This document shows, piece after piece, positions 13,321-27,025 of a stretch of DNA of 64,000 bases. Made by a program: the position numbers and the translations under genes. The stretch covers positions 232,693,741-232,757,740 of the forward strand of contig CM041465.1 of assembly GCA_023213395.1 (NCBI GenBank), written 5' to 3'. The stretch is from Cycas panzhihuaensis (lineage: Eukaryota; Plantae; Cycadophyta). The notes beneath the pieces are model-generated. The model worked only from the letters and a program-made list of their open reading frames with translations, ran no database searches and had not been told where the DNA came from. The stretch's first letter is position 1. Each line of letters opens with the position of its first letter.

Positions 13321-14063
13321 GATTGAGGCTGATATGCTTGAGATCTCGCTCGATTTAATTTAGTAAGTCTTCATTCTAAATTCGTGTTCATGTGATCGGC
13401 ACATCATTGCTCGTAGAATTTGCCAAATAGTGCTCGACCTTTGTTTCCTTCCCCTTGGTTTGCCCCTATTTCACAATTCCTATTGAGAATGTGTCAATTA
13501 ACTGCACACTCCCACGTTCTCTTGTACGTGCTTGAAGACTCAATCATGCAGATGCATCTGCAATCTCCTTCAATTCTTGATCTCGTTCTTGCTCTTGCTC
13601 CCAATTCCTTAGGATTTGTCATGCACGATCTATAATTATCCAATCACTTTGATTTATTGAATGATTAGTTTGTCCAACTTTTTGTTGCATGGCAATGAGT
13701 GTCGTTATGAATGCAGATCATCTCAGTTGTTGGTGACAATTCAAGTCTCTACCATTTTGTTTAGTGATGCGCAAGGATCGTCTCATTCTTGGATTGGGCA
13801 TTAGTCAATATCGGTGATGATCCAATATATGCGGTAGCAATTTTGCTCGTAGTATCACAGTGTCATCCGTATAGAACCTAATAATGTTATGTCGTAGCAA
13901 GAACACTTGTATCCTTTTGAGTACTTTGAGAGCTGCTTCTCTTATAAGGATCTAGACCAAATCTTTTAATGAACTAGGTTTTCTTCGTGCGTCCAAGATT
14001 GTCATCTAGTTTCTTTGGTGATTCCTTAATGCCTTACATTCCTAGGTTTGCAACGGCATGAGA

Positions 14064-14590
14064 TGTTGATTAAATGTTTTCGGGTTGCTCTAGGAAGAAG
14101 GGTAAAGGAATGTTTTGTGGCACCATCATCGTCATGCAACTATATGTACATACGTCTAACTTTATGCATACATCCAACCACCAAGACAACAAAGAGGAAC
14201 TAACAAATATAGGTAATCGCACACATCAATTCGCCATCAACATATCATATTATTACATCAAATGTGGTACAACATCGAGTACAAAATGTATCATAATATG
14301 GAGTTGTCTAGGATTAGTTCCACACCCTGATCTAGTGCCAAGATCCATAACATAGAAGAGTGATCTAGTGCCAAGATCCATAACATAGAAGAGTGGTTCT
14401 TGACCCTGACAACCAACCATGCCATAGAAATATTCAAGACTCCTTAATATATCACATGATGTGACCCATTGTAATGACTTTTCACAACTAGTTATTTTGT
14501 TAACCCATAACATATTACATGGCAACATTAGTGAGATGACAACATTGTCACATGACACCTCAACATACATAGAGATAATATGACCCAACA
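14064..14590 (-). repeat. 5' LTR of element A, with an internal 33-bp tandem duplication at 14328-14393
   Basis: Homologous to 2924-3328; followed by TSD TGGCT; TGATCTAGTGCCAAGATCCATAACATAGAAGAG occurs twice. Confidence 0.9.
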
Positions 14591-14752
14591 TGGCTAAACT
14601 TGCTTATGAATAGTCTAAAAGAAAAAATAAAACCTAAAAAAATGGTGCTTCATAGGGTGAATGGCAACCAAACATCGGGCAAATTATCAGAGAAAAATTC
14701 AAACACTAGAATTGTATGACAATCTCTCTACCTCTTTGTTAACATATTTGGG

Positions 14753-14754
<2 letters not shown>

Positions 14755-14830
<76 letters not shown>
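14755..14830. repeat. (AT)n(GT)n microsatellite
   Basis: Direct reading. Confidence 0.97.
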
Positions 14831-14832
<2 letters not shown>

Positions 14833-16137
14833 TTGCCTTTCTAGGTGTGCCAAATGCTTATAAACCATTGTTTTGCACTGTAGCTCAAACCATAAAACAA
14901 CAATTGCATAAACTTAGGTCCTATTAGCCTCTTAATCTTGTGGATGCCATTACAAGTTATCATATTGTATTGTCAGTAAACGTACTATTATAATTCGAAT
15001 TTCATTTGGCAAGTTCCATAATTTATCATTATGCTTTGTAAGTTTTTGGATAGCATTTAAAAAAGAAAAAAATATCTTTTCACATCACAGTTGGTCGAAT
15101 AGTTCTTGACATTACTTCTAGGACATTGATGGATTGCAATTTATTTTTGTTGTTTTTGTATAAATATAATTTTTCGTTTGGGCAAAGCAATTTGTGTGTG
15201 TTGAGACATGGCATAATGGAATTTAAATTTGTGAAAAAATAATAGAAAATATGTTGTCGTATATTTCTTTTTAGATATTGTTTGTACTTTTATAATAGGT
15301 TGTCTTTTGTTGGTAAAGTCTCAATATTAGAGTAGCGACAGAGCATTGCTAGTTGTTTTGGTAATATTTTTATATTTTGCGATAAAATCTCCCCAAGTCC
15401 CCCTTGTAGATAAATAGGCATGTGTAAATTGTAGATAAATAGAAGATTGTAAAATTTTTAGTATTTAAGAGATTGCACAATTGCTTAATGTGTCATTAAG
15501 TATGTGTTTATTGTTTAATAATTTTTCTTAAGTAAAAAAAATGTTGAACCTAAATCCCTAGACCCTAATTTTGGAAGGAGGAACCTGCTTCTTTAAACCT
15601 TCAAATTTGTGAATTCAACAGCATTGCTTCCATCTAAATTCAAATACTAGCAAGTTTTTTTAATTGGTTGTGAATAGGATTATTTTATCTTTCAATATCT
15701 ACTTCCCATAATATATAATTTTGGAATGTTCTAGTGTTGTGATATAGTGTAGTGGTTTATTTCATTAATTGCCCTTGGCATCCCTCTATTCTAACCTATC
15801 CAAATCTTTTGCTTCATGGAGAGAATAGTGGAATCAACATATTTTATTGAAGAGAAACTATTGACATGAGTTGCCTACAACTATCAATCTTATTTGTCAT
15901 CAAACCTTTTATCATGCATACAATAAAATTTCATTATTTGACCCATGCACATTTTTAATGTTTGCAAGACAAGCTTATCAAGGAATTGATCTTTGAACTT
16001 GCAATTCATTTGAATGCTTTGAAAAATGGGTTAGTTATTCAAGTACAAAAATATCATGAGGTGTGCATTTTGATATTTATTTATTAGATATTATTATTTG
16101 TAACTGCTAAATTATTGATAATATATTATTGATGCAG

Positions 16138-16254
16138 GTGTTGATGTTTCCTTGTTTGTTGGATGATCGAGATGTGGTGATTGAATTTATGCCTTTTCTT
16201 ATAGACGTTGAGAAATCACATGACTTAACTCTTGCTGGGAACCAACAATATCCG
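16138..16254 (+). CDS. Internal exon of a plant senataxin/SEN1-like helicase gene (N-terminal domain; Arabidopsis AT1G16800-type)
   Basis: CAG acceptor at 16135-16137 and GT donor at 16255; 39 codons, VLMFPCLLDDRDVVIEFMPFLIDVEKSHDLTLAGNQQYP. This matches, from memory, the VLMFP..DD....EF..F......H.L..A.NQ.FP segment of that family in length and motif. Needs BLAST confirmation. Confidence 0.85.
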
Positions 16255-16414
16255 GTATTCTTCAAGGATCATAATTTGCTTTTGAGATTAATCTTGTCTT
16301 TTGCTTGGTGAACCATAGCTTCTTTTATTGGTCTAATGGAAGACAATTGGTCTCCACTTAAGGGTACTTTTTATTTTTGGGATGGAAGAAGTAATGCTTT
16401 TTAATGTTTTCCAG

Positions 16415-16497
16415 GGTGTGTATGCTCTTTTATTCCTTGAAAATGAATTTATTCGATCGATTGGCTTTCGATTGGCTGGTTTTCTCGGAAAATTAAG
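16415..16497 (+). CDS. Next exon of the same SEN1-like helicase gene
   Basis: TTTTCCAG acceptor and AG/GTATC donor at 16498; in phase with the previous exon. Encodes GVYALLFLENEFIRSIGFRLAGFLGKL(R), matching the family motif PGVYALLF....R..G.RLA..(M/L)GKLR. Confidence 0.87.
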
Positions 16498-19400
16498 GTA
16501 TCAATTTTTTCATCATTGGAAATAATTAAGACTAAGAATTACATATTGGTTTTTCAAGTTTTTAATCATGACTTGAATAAAAGAAGAATTAGAACCATCA
16601 ATTATTAATCAAGATAAGGTGATTAAGTAATATAGCGATATACGATTAGATAGTCATGTTGACAAAATTTTTAGTTTGATATTATAATTCTATAATTTGA
16701 TAGGAATCTAAAATTGGTTTGCCATTAAGGAAATCTTTGGTTTGAAGTTTTATGAGAAACCATGATTACATAGTGACATTAAGGAATCTTTGGTTTGAAG
16801 TGCTTATACATATCGTGCACAACTATTTATTGCGAATTGTAAGATATTAAGCTTCTTGTTGTACTTGCCTTATATTGTATAATCTGTTGGTCTTCCTGTT
16901 GAAGTTGGAATGATTATGTTATTTCCTTAGTTGATTTGTGCTATCACATTGAGAAGTTATATTGGATTAGCATTTATTTTATAGGATGGCTTGTTCATTT
17001 TTGTATTTATGTTTTGGTATATTTTTAATGGAATACATGGAATGAGTCGATGAATATTGTGAAATGCTTTTTCTTGTTTGTTGGGATTTTTTTTTCTTTT
17101 TTGGCATTTTCTCTTGTGAACACTAGTAATAAGTTAATGGAAATTCAATAGATAGCCGTTATTAGTTAGAAGCTAAGTGAATGATCTTCTAGAGCTATGT
17201 TGAGTAATTACAAAGAAGAAATGGAATATGAGAAAGAAGTTATGCCTCTAATAAGAAACATTAATAGGGATAGTGTAATTTTTGTAATTGTTAAGCTTAG
17301 ATAAATAATTAACTAATATAGATGCAAGACTTTGGAGTAGTTTAGAAAATTGAGACAAATAGTACCCACAAAGAGAATAAAATGGTGGCTCAATAAAAAA
17401 TGAAACAAAAGACTAAAACACAAAGTAGGTGAAGTTTTATAATTTAATGGCAACATGGAAATGGACCAAATTCACTTGTCCCTCACAATGGTTAAGGTTG
17501 CAAGAGTAAATTTCTTTCTTTTTTTTTTTTTTGTTTTTTTTTTAGCTTTTTGCAATTATTGCGAGTCTAATGACTTGTGGAACAATCTTGTTGGAGGAAT
17601 CAATAATTTTTGGTTTTCAAGAGTTTAGTAATGAGACTGTGTTGGAAAACCCTCTGAGGCTACTTCTCCTCTAGTTGCGCAATAGTGACTCAATAATCAA
17701 GGTCAAAACATAGTTTGTAGATGAGGGGGCATTGTAATGGGGTTTTAATGTAGGGCTTAGAGTGGGGCACTAGGTTTTTGCTTTTATGCTTGCATATCCT
17801 CTAGTGCTTTCTTTGATGTTCAAGTAGTAATGAGGGTTTAGCAGTGGTCATTGTCTATAGATAACATGTTACGAGACCAAAAATAGGCTTAGAAATTGTG
17901 AAAAGGCTCAAGGTACTCCCTAAGAAAATGGCCTGGGAACATGTGAGTTTTGGCAATGCAGACATCACATAGGTAGTCCATGGAAAGAAGATGAAACAAG
18001 GTCAAGCTAGGTTGGCCATATGTTATTTATGAGGCAACTTCTCTCTATAGAAGCACATGACAAATGTTAGTGGACGTTAGCATAGATGAGGTCCTCTTGG
18101 AGACCCCTTGAAAGAAGACAATTTTGAAAAAGAACGTTTTCAGCCTTAGGGTAGGTTGTATGTCCTGTTTGATTGGGCATACAATAGTCTTAAAGGGGAG
18201 TTGTGTGGGTGTATAGACGTGTGTATGGAAGAGTTGTCACGGAGCCTGACAACTAGCAATTGGAGGTAAGCAAATACCATTGCTATGGTGAAAAATTTTG
18301 TGCATAGACGGTCTTCGTTCATATTTATGTATTGTATGATTAGGGTTTGTAGGCAATTATTGTCAAAATTTCTATTATGCTATCTTATTGACATGGTTGC
18401 TTTTTAGCTTAAAATTTTAACATTTATTATGGTTGTTTTGTAGCCTCTCATGGCTAGAATCTAGCATATAGATGAAATAATAGGGTTATAATTTTGTAAA
18501 CAAACCTATTTACTATTTTGAACTTTTACATTGATTAATTTAATAGGTTGTGCAAGGACATGTTACTATCTAATTTTTCTTTATTGTTAGAAATTCTTTT
18601 TGTAAGCCATGTTTAGGTCTAACATTGGTGCTCTTTAATTCCAGGTAAACTTGTAGAATGACAAATGGCATTGAAGGATATTGTATTTTTGATAAGCTAG
18701 ATTGTGAAATGATGTTTGATTAGTTATATATATTTGTATTTTGTCAATAGAGGCGTTGGTAAGGGTTCGCATGAAAAAGGGCCGAGCCCACAAGGGATGT
18801 CGTGAAAAAAGAGTGTCTGTTTTGTTTGGTAATTAGGTTGGTACGAAAACATGATGGTAGTAGTGGAATTCAATGAAAAGGGACCATGTTCCATATAAAT
18901 TATGGGATGGTATGAAGAGCAATCATTTCCAATGAACAATCTAAAAAAGGATTCTGTGAAAGGAAAAAAGGTGGTCTATCAGGCTAGCTAGATGGTAGCC
19001 TTATGTGGTGCCACCCTACTAAGATAGGGATATTGCATGAGGTTGAATCTAGTAGGAGAAAGAATTGGATTAAACCTAGTAAGTTGTGGGCAATATGCAT
19101 GTAAGTCTTGTCAATGGTGTTGGCCTCCAAGAAGTGTTCACATACAACGAATCATATCGGATGATAGATGCTTATTGTTCTAAAGTTTTTTGTTGATAAC
19201 TTATGTGTGTACTAGATTTAACATTTACTTGGTATTATTATGGTATGCTAGTGCATTGGTGCTTTAGATACATATAGCCAACTTGTTATAGTGGTATTAA
19301 GGCTAGAGGGATCTAAGATAGTAAGAATTGGCTCAACAAAAGCTAGAGTTGGGCTAGCCCTAATAGACCAAAAGAAATAAATGAAGGGATTGAGGAGGCC

Positions 19401-19699
19401 TAGAGTTGAAAAGGTTGCATAGAAATGGAAGACTCGAGAAACTAAGTAAAACATGTTAATAATCAAGAATTAGCAAGCCATCTTCCTCTAAAAATTTTCA
19501 TTGAGATTCTAAGCAGCATAAGAGGAAGAGTATAAGGCAAATGAAAACTCTTACAAAACATTAAAGTAACTACAGGCCATTAGTGTTTCAAAGTTTGAAG
19601 TAAATGAAATAAGGGCCCAATTGAAATCTTGGCTTAGAATTGTAGAAAATTACATTTTTGTTATTGGCATAGGACCCTAACATGAATTATCTTATCTTA

Positions 19700-21200
19700 G
19701 TTTGCTCTGTTGCTGTAATGGGATCATCATTGGTGTAGAAGAAAAGATGACAGATCGTATTGAAACCCAGGAATAATAAGTGCATTCTAACCTAAAGATT
19801 TACCCCTCTAAATGATCAGGAAGAGGCCTTAACTCAAGTAGGAGCTTTAAGGCAATTGCAATAGTTCTAGAATATAGTCATATAATGTGGGTTCTCTTTT
19901 CTTGTTTACTTGAAATGCTTATGTCCAATACAATATGTCACATCCTAAAAGGTTTGAAGGGTTGCATTGCGGCTATCGTAGTCCTCACAGAACTATCGAA
20001 TTTAGAAGAGGCAATAACTAGTACTTAAGGTAGAAGTGTACAAGAGGAAACTAGCTTTAGCCTATGCCAAGGGAAACTAGGAGGGGCTTGGAAGAACTTT
20101 CCACCTCACTGTTAAAGATCCAAACTTTAAGGCAAATTCTAGAAGGAAAGTTTCTGTAAGAAATTATTCCATAATAATAGGGGCAACCTTGTAGAGAAAA
20201 TGTTTTGTTTGTCAATTAGAGCATGCACTCATTGCCCCAATAAACTTGATAAATCTAGAAACAATACTACCAAGAGGCAAAATGGCTTGCAACATAGTGT
20301 AGTCTTAGTAGTATGCATATGTAAAACACATTAGAATATGCTCCCAAATAGAGTGGCTAGAAAGGCTTATATAAAATTATAAGTCATAGGCCTTTTCTCA
20401 ATTGAGGGCAATTTAGATGATAAGGAGGAAGTAGTCCTTGCAGATAATTCTTGTTGCCAAAATGTCATCTTAACCATCATCGTAGAAATACTAAACTTAT
20501 CCATGGAACTAACCAATTATGAATATGAGGTAGATATGGAAGATGGCCAAGGTGTCCAAGGATGGGGGAATCTTTATCAAGTGTTCCTCTATTCAAAATT
20601 ACCATGAGAATTCAGACTTTGATATCATGAAAATTGGAAGATATGTTGTCATCTGGGATCAAACATGTTACACACCTTATATGTAAACATCCTTTTCCAA
20701 AACCATATGCTACACTTCATCTTCAAGGGAGAAAGATCACAACTTTTAGGGTACAACGATTTGAGAAGCATCCTAATGGTTTCAACAATGTAAATAAAAA
20801 GGATTGCAAGGAAAACTTTGAATAAATGTCATGTGATTGATATGTTGGAAGTAACAAAGATTGAAGAAAAAGGGTTGCAAGGGAAACCTCCTGTGAATAT
20901 TATGCCATCTATATGTTAGAGGTATTGAAGATGAAAGAAAAAGGAGGAAAGGAAATCTCAAATTTGTATGAACCCTACTGGAGGAATTTGTCGATGTCTT
21001 CCCAAACAACTTACTTTTTCAGAAATTTTAAACCTTTGAATGTTAAATTGAACATTGGAAGACAAAATGCTCATCTATCATATGCTATAGTGAATAGAAT
21101 ATGTAAATGCACTTTGGCCTAATGGTGAAAAGTTCTACTTCTACTTGAAGTTTTGAGGACTTACTATGAATCGTCCCATTGTAAATCTTAGAGCATGTGA
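19700..21200 (+). mobile_element. Old, heavily degraded Ty3/Gypsy (chromovirus-like) gag-protease remnant
   Basis: Fragmentary motifs ILKGLKGCIAAIV..LEEAI (Gag, about 19940), CFVC (about 20200), FSIEGNLDDKEEVVLADNSCCQNVI (protease, about 20390) and EEFVDVFP (RT start, about 20980). No LTR pair found. Confidence 0.5.
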
Positions 21201-21891
21201 TATATGGAGGCACGCATCTATCTATCTATCTTTTGACTACCCATGGGAAATCTCAGACCATGTGACATATGCAGGTATACATACATCATAGTGATGATAT
21301 GGTGGGCCATATTGACTAAGTGTTTCAATAATTATAACTTTGGTTTAAGCAGTTGTGATATGTGATTTGGAGATATGCTAAATAGAGTTCATTTTTTAAT
21401 AAACTTTTAAGTTTGATTCTTACAATAGATTGAGATTAGTTGTATCCATGACAACTCAAGTGGAAGGTGAACAATTAATCCCCATTGTTTGGAGTAGGGG
21501 GTAGACTTTTAATATCGACTAATAGGTTGTCTATGATCTAATTGACGTTGACCAATGGTAACCAAGACACTTGATGATCAAAGCATGGGTATGTATGTGT
21601 CTTATATGAGGATTTGTCTCTCTTCGCATGGGTATTTGCCATGCCTCAAATGTGTAAGTGAGATAATCCCAAGCTTGGTTTAGGGCATAATAGGTGTGTC
21701 CTAAATTCTACATGCATGATATTAGAGGGAATTGTATGTTTGTTGCATATGATTCAAGAGATATGGATCAACATTAGATGTGGATGAACAATTAATTTAG
21801 TGTTTTGGATATAAACTAACTCTTATACAAATGGATATAACATTATGTTTTGGGCCATAATGTCAACTAGTAGGGATTTTGTGGTTGTATC

Positions 21892-22099
21892 TATTGAACT
21901 AGTGTACTCACATAGAAAATGAAGAGATTGAGTGAAAATGATCCCTTGCGTCACTAACATAAATAGGGTTAGGGTTAGTGATTAACATTTAATGTTAGTT
22001 AACCTAACATGAAGTTACAATGATTAACATAAAGTTACAGTAACTAATATAATGTTACAAGTATTAATACAATATAGGAGATGGCATTATATTCTAACA
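21892..22099 (-). repeat. 3' LTR of Copia C (35-bp deletion relative to the 5' LTR)
   Basis: Matches 27026-27268 but lacks ATTACAATAAGAACTTTTACATACTTATACATTGA. Confidence 0.93.
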
Positions 22100-22112
22100 T
22101 CCCCTCTTAATG

Positions 22113-25100
22113 TCAACTCTTGGTTGTAACTCCCAGCTTATCCCGCAAATATAGGAACTTGTTTTTGATCAAAGGCTTGGTGAATATGTCAGCAAGTTCC
22201 TCTTCACTTTGGTGGTACTCTAGTTTCACTTCCTTTTTGTCCACCTTTTCTCGAATGAAGTGATGGTGTACTTTGATGTGCTTGGTTTTGGCGTGAAAGA
22301 CAAGATTTTTTACCATCGGAATGGTGCTTTGATTGTTGTAGTTGATTTGACTAGGATCACATTGTGGGTGATTAAGCTCCTCCAAGAGTCTTATGAACCA
22401 GATAACTTCACAAATGGCATGAATTGCAACTTGGTACTCAGCCTTTGTAGTGGACAATGAGACTGTTGATTGTTTCTTTGTTTTCCTTGGGATAACTCCA
22501 CTACCAAGATCAAAGTAATATCCAGTTGTGGATTTTTTGCTATCTAGATCTCCTACCTAGTCGGAATCAGAGTAATCGGATAAAAGTCTAGAGGATTTTT
22601 TGTCGCATAGGTTTTCGTGGTTCTTTGTCCCTCGAATGTATCGAAGTATGTGTTTGGCAACTTTCCAGTGTGATTCCTTGGGAGATGACGTGAATCTTGA
22701 CACAATACTCACAGCATGGACTATATCAAGCTTGGTAGACATGAGATAGATTAGATTCCCTGTCAATTTTCGATACAGAGTTGCATCTACTGGCATACCA
22801 TCTTGGTCAGATGTCAGCTTTGTCAGCTTTGTACCGGTACACATGGGTGTAGGTGCTAGCTTGTAGTTTGTCATGTTGAATTCGTCTAGGATTCTTGCAA
22901 CATATTTGGACTAGTGTATAAAACTTCCATTGCCTTGATGATGAATTTCAATTCCTAAGTAGTAGTGTAGTCTGCCTATATCTGTCATTACAAATTCTTT
23001 GGACAACTGATTACACAAAAAGTTGATCCATTTAGAGTCATCATCTGTTATTATTAGATCATCCACATACACTACTAGAATAGAGATCAACTTGTCTTCA
23101 ATAATCCCAACTTAGAGGCTATGATCAGATTCACACCTTCACATTCCTGCATTTATGAGATATGTATCAATTTTTGAGTACCAAGATCTAGGTGCGTGTT
23201 TCAAACCATATAGAGCCTTATTGAGTTTGCACATAAGGTGTTCTTTTCTTGGTTCAACATATCTTAGTGGTTGTTGCATGTATACCTCCTCATGCAGGTT
23301 GCCATCCATTTGATAGACAAGCTAATCGTGTTGGGCTGTAAGAGCCAAGACAGTTTTGATAGTGGTCATTTTGTTGACCGAAGCAAAGGTTTCATCGTAA
23401 TCAACTCCTTGCATTTGAGTAAATCCCTTGGCTACATGACGATCTTTATATTTTTCGATATTGTTGTATGTTTTTTCTTTGATCTTATAAAGCCATCGGC
23501 ATACTATAATGGGTTTGTTTGATGGTGGAGTCACTAAGTCCTAGGTTTTGTTCTTGATCATGGAGGTCATTTCTTCATCCATTGTTAGCTTCTAGTTGGA
23601 ATCCTCTTGTGCTTGTTGAGGCATGATGTCAACTCCTGCAGCCAAGCCAACGTAAGTTCTAACTCTTGTGGTCCTTCCTTCCAGTATGTTGCTAGGCTCA
23701 ACTCTAGAGTCTTCCATAGTTTTGAAGTATCATTTTGGGATTCTTTTTGGCTGGACTAACGATTGACTCTCCTGATTGCCTAAAGTTGAAGATGAGGAGG
23801 TGGTCTCGTCATTACTCCGATTCAATATTTCATGCTGGCTTTCTGAAGTGGAGTGTTCTACGTGAGTGGATGATGTATGTTCTCAATGTTGCCTTTTTAG
23901 GAATGGAAGGTCGAAAAATTCATGCTCATTAAATGCGGTATTCTCTTGGGAAGAATCTGATGCCTCATCAAAGTAGACATCTCTACTTAGATATACTTTG
24001 TCAGTCAGAGGGTCCAGACATATGTAGGCTTTGGAGACTTCACTATAGCCTACCAAAATGCATTTCCTACTCTTGTCATCCACTTTCTTTCGTTTTTCAA
24101 CTGGGATGTGCATGTATTTAGTAGACCCAAAAATTCGAAGGTGTGACACATTAGGTTTGCTACCATACCAGACTTCTTCTGTAGTCACATTTTCTAGGGC
24201 TTTGGGAGGGCTTCTATTAAGAAGATACAAAACAATATTTGCAGCTTTTGCCCAATATTTGTTAGGGACTTTCTTCCCTTTTAGGAGGGATTGAGTCATC
24301 TCAATTATAGTTCTATTCTTTCTTTTGGCCACTCCATTAGATCAAGGGGTGTATGGAGTGGTCCATTATCTTTGAATTCCATGCCTCTTACAGAATTCAT
24401 TGGAAGTAAATTCTCCTCCATTGTCAGTCCTTAGGCATTTAATGTGGCGGTCACTTTCATTTTCGACTTTGGCTTTAAAGTTTTGAAATACGCTCAACAC
24501 ATCAGATTTTAACTTGAGAAAGTAAATCCATACTTTTCTTGAGTAGTTGTCTATAAATGTGAGAAAGCATCGGGCTCCTTGAACAGATGGCAGTGTGAAG
24601 GGTCCGCATAGGTCATTGTGTATCATTTGAAGCTTGTGCCTAGCTTTTGTTGTGCTTGGATTAAATTGTAACCTATGTTGTTTTTCCATCATACATGCAT
24701 CACAAATAGTGCGAGGTTTTTTTATCCAAGGCATTCCTTTTACCATGTCATATTTGCTTAAATTTGACAACGCATCATAAGAGAGGTGCCCATATCGCAA
24801 GTGCTTGAGTTTTTCATTATCAAGAGAAAGAGATACGTTCAAGGTTGAGTGAGTTGGTGAAGCCAGAAGTTTGTGCAATCTCTTAGTTTTGAGGCCTTTA
24901 CCAATCACCTTATTATTTTTGTATTTGTCAAAGATTATGCATTTGTCTCCATCAAAAAGGACTTGAAGTTTATTATCAGTGAGGACTTGAAGATTCTTAG
25001 TCATCCCAGCTACATACAAAACTTGTCCAACTTTCTCAAGGTTTGCATTGGGCAGGATAACTGGTATGGAGCCTGTCCCTTGAATGCTATGTCTGGTATC

Positions 25101-25935
25101 ACCTCCTAGTTCCACCGACCTAAGGGCTATGAGAGGCTTTAGTTGGTTGAACAGGATTTTTCGTGAATCATGTTCTGCGATGCTCTAGAGTCAACGAAGC
25201 AATCATCCTTGCTTTGGCTATCCAGAGCAGATGAGAGAGCATTGATGAATGCAATTTCCTCTTCCTGCACATTTGGTTCGGATATCTCATCAATTCTCGA
25301 TTGCTCTGAGTAGCTGCTAGATGCAATGATCCCTCTTCTATGTTGGCTTTCCTGTGGCGATAGTTGATGGTGAAGTGACCAAATTTTTTGTGGTAGTAAC
25401 GTATGATCTGTTGTTGACTTCTATCCCTAGAGTATTGTTGTGAGGGTGCTTTGAGGGAGGATCTTCCCTATTGGTACTAAAACTAGTGGGATGATGTCTT
25501 TCTCGATCTGAAGATCTACCTGAGCCTCTGTTTGAGTTGAAGGTCCCTCAGTTGGTGGTGCTTCTTCTGCGAAGATTGACCTGGGTGGTGAAGGCATTCT
25601 CAAGGACTCCATCCATGTTAACTTCAATTTGCTCATAATGAAGGAGGTGACCACATAATGCATCAAAAGTTGGTTGCGCTATGTCTGCTGTCATCAAGTA
25701 TGAGGTAATGAATAGCTTGAATCTAGGAGGTAGCACTGGAGATATGTGGTAAAACTGAAGCTGTGACTGACAGTGTGATGGCAGCAAGGGCAAGACCTCT
25801 TTGTTCTAGGAAGACTCTTTTTTCTGCAAGATCAATAGGATCTTGTTTGACATCTTTAATTTGATCTGATGCTCCTATAGCAATGGTGATGGATCTCATT
25901 TTGGTTCTCCAATATTCATAATTATCATCAGTCAA
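22113..25935 (-). pseudogene. Copia C gag-pol (Gag, protease, integrase, RT, RNase H) with stops and frameshifts
   Basis: DDNYEYWRTKM; HLRYGHL..CDAC; IHNDLCGP..FIDNYSRKVW..LRTDNGGEF; HVAKGFTQMQGVDYDETF; STTKAEY..FHAKTKHI..LADIFTKPL. Confidence 0.92.
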
Positions 25936-27025
25936 TTTTTTAGAGTCTGTAAGTTGAAGGGTGGACGCTATAGTGATAGATTTACTCTATCAATTCTAGA
26001 TGTGGGATTACCTAGGCTTGTGAATAAATCTCTAGGTCAGATTCAGGACGGGTAGCTTCGTGGTGCTAATCGTTAACCATTGTACTACAAGTTTTCGGCG
26101 GTTGGTATGGGCTTCCTATTTTAGGTTTGGCTTGTGGGTCCTATGGGGTCATCCGATATACCTTTTGGTACATGGAAGCTTAAATCTATAGGTGGGTTCT
26201 GTCTAAGCCCTGGGTATTGGGTCTTTCTGGGTCCCCTCACTTCACACGTTGGTTTCAAACTGCCAACATGCTTAGCCAAAAATGACAGATCCTTTGCTAT
26301 TATTATAGATCCCCAGAATGGGGTTTCTAAGGCAGAGACCGTGTAGGCCCAAAGCACAATTATCTACTCGTGAAAGGTAGTGACACTAACATACATTGAT
26401 CATATAACAGAACAAATAATAATCTCATAATGTAAAAAAAAAACTTGGTATTGGATATGACCTAGAAGACAAAGTTTTTGAGCTAAGAGAGGTACAATTG
26501 TATGGTTAGCTGTACGGATGGCCGTATGGACCTGTTGAGGAGGCCAAAAAATCAAAGTTCTCCAAATTGAGCAAAATCAGTTCAATTGAAAAGCCTTGAT
26601 GTGTTCTTTCCAGATTTGGTCTTGATTTCTTGATCGGAGTTGTTAGTGAGAAGAAAAAGCCCTTCAAATCTCAGTTGGGAGGCCATGTTTTTGTTTTGAT
26701 TTTTGTTTATATTTCTCAAACTGGACGAAGATGACTAGTTCAAAGACCTTTCCATTGATACCGAATTTGCCAGGTATTATGGTCCGTATGAGATGAAATC
26801 AATAAAAATGCACAATGGCGGCTATATAGCTTTCAAGGCTAATTTGAGTAGGAAGGAGGTAGATTTTGGGGTCGCGCCTTTAGAGAAAAGTGATGAGGAG
26901 GATGAGACGACCCTACAAGTGAAATTTTACAAGAATCTAAGACAACTTTTTTGACCGTACAGCTGTACGGAAACCCTATGAGAGCAGAATGACTTAGTTA
27001 CAGAGCAGACTTGGCTCTAATACCA

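Larger units (their letters stand above)
2924..14590 (-). mobile_element. Element A: non-autonomous non-chromovirus Ty3/Gypsy LTR element (Gag and protease only), carrying nested Copia B
   Basis: Paired TG..CA LTRs 2924-3328 and 14064-14590. Exact TSD TGGCT at 2919-2923 and 14591-14595. PPT (minus AAAAGGGGGAGGATAGA) next to 3328. Degenerate tRNA-Asp-type PBS (minus CATGCCGTTGC) next to 14064. Gag, Cys-rich knuckle and DGGVGFNI protease remnants on the minus strand. Confidence 0.88.

Noticed and set aside
15965-16060. Possible upstream exon of the SEN1-like gene ending CATGAG/GT
   Set aside because: It has a GT and ends in Glu, but DKLIKELIFELAIHLNALKNGLVIQVQKYHE does not resemble the family sequence I recall, and the acceptor is weak. 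RNA-seq is needed.
16255-16311. C-terminal part of ORF 16129-16311 as coding sequence
   Set aside because: Read-through past the GT donor at 16255; homology continues in the next exon instead.
17867-18807. Possible solo LTR (TGTTACGA..TCGTGAAA)
   Set aside because: The terminal CA is imperfect, there is no TSD, and no second copy is in the window.
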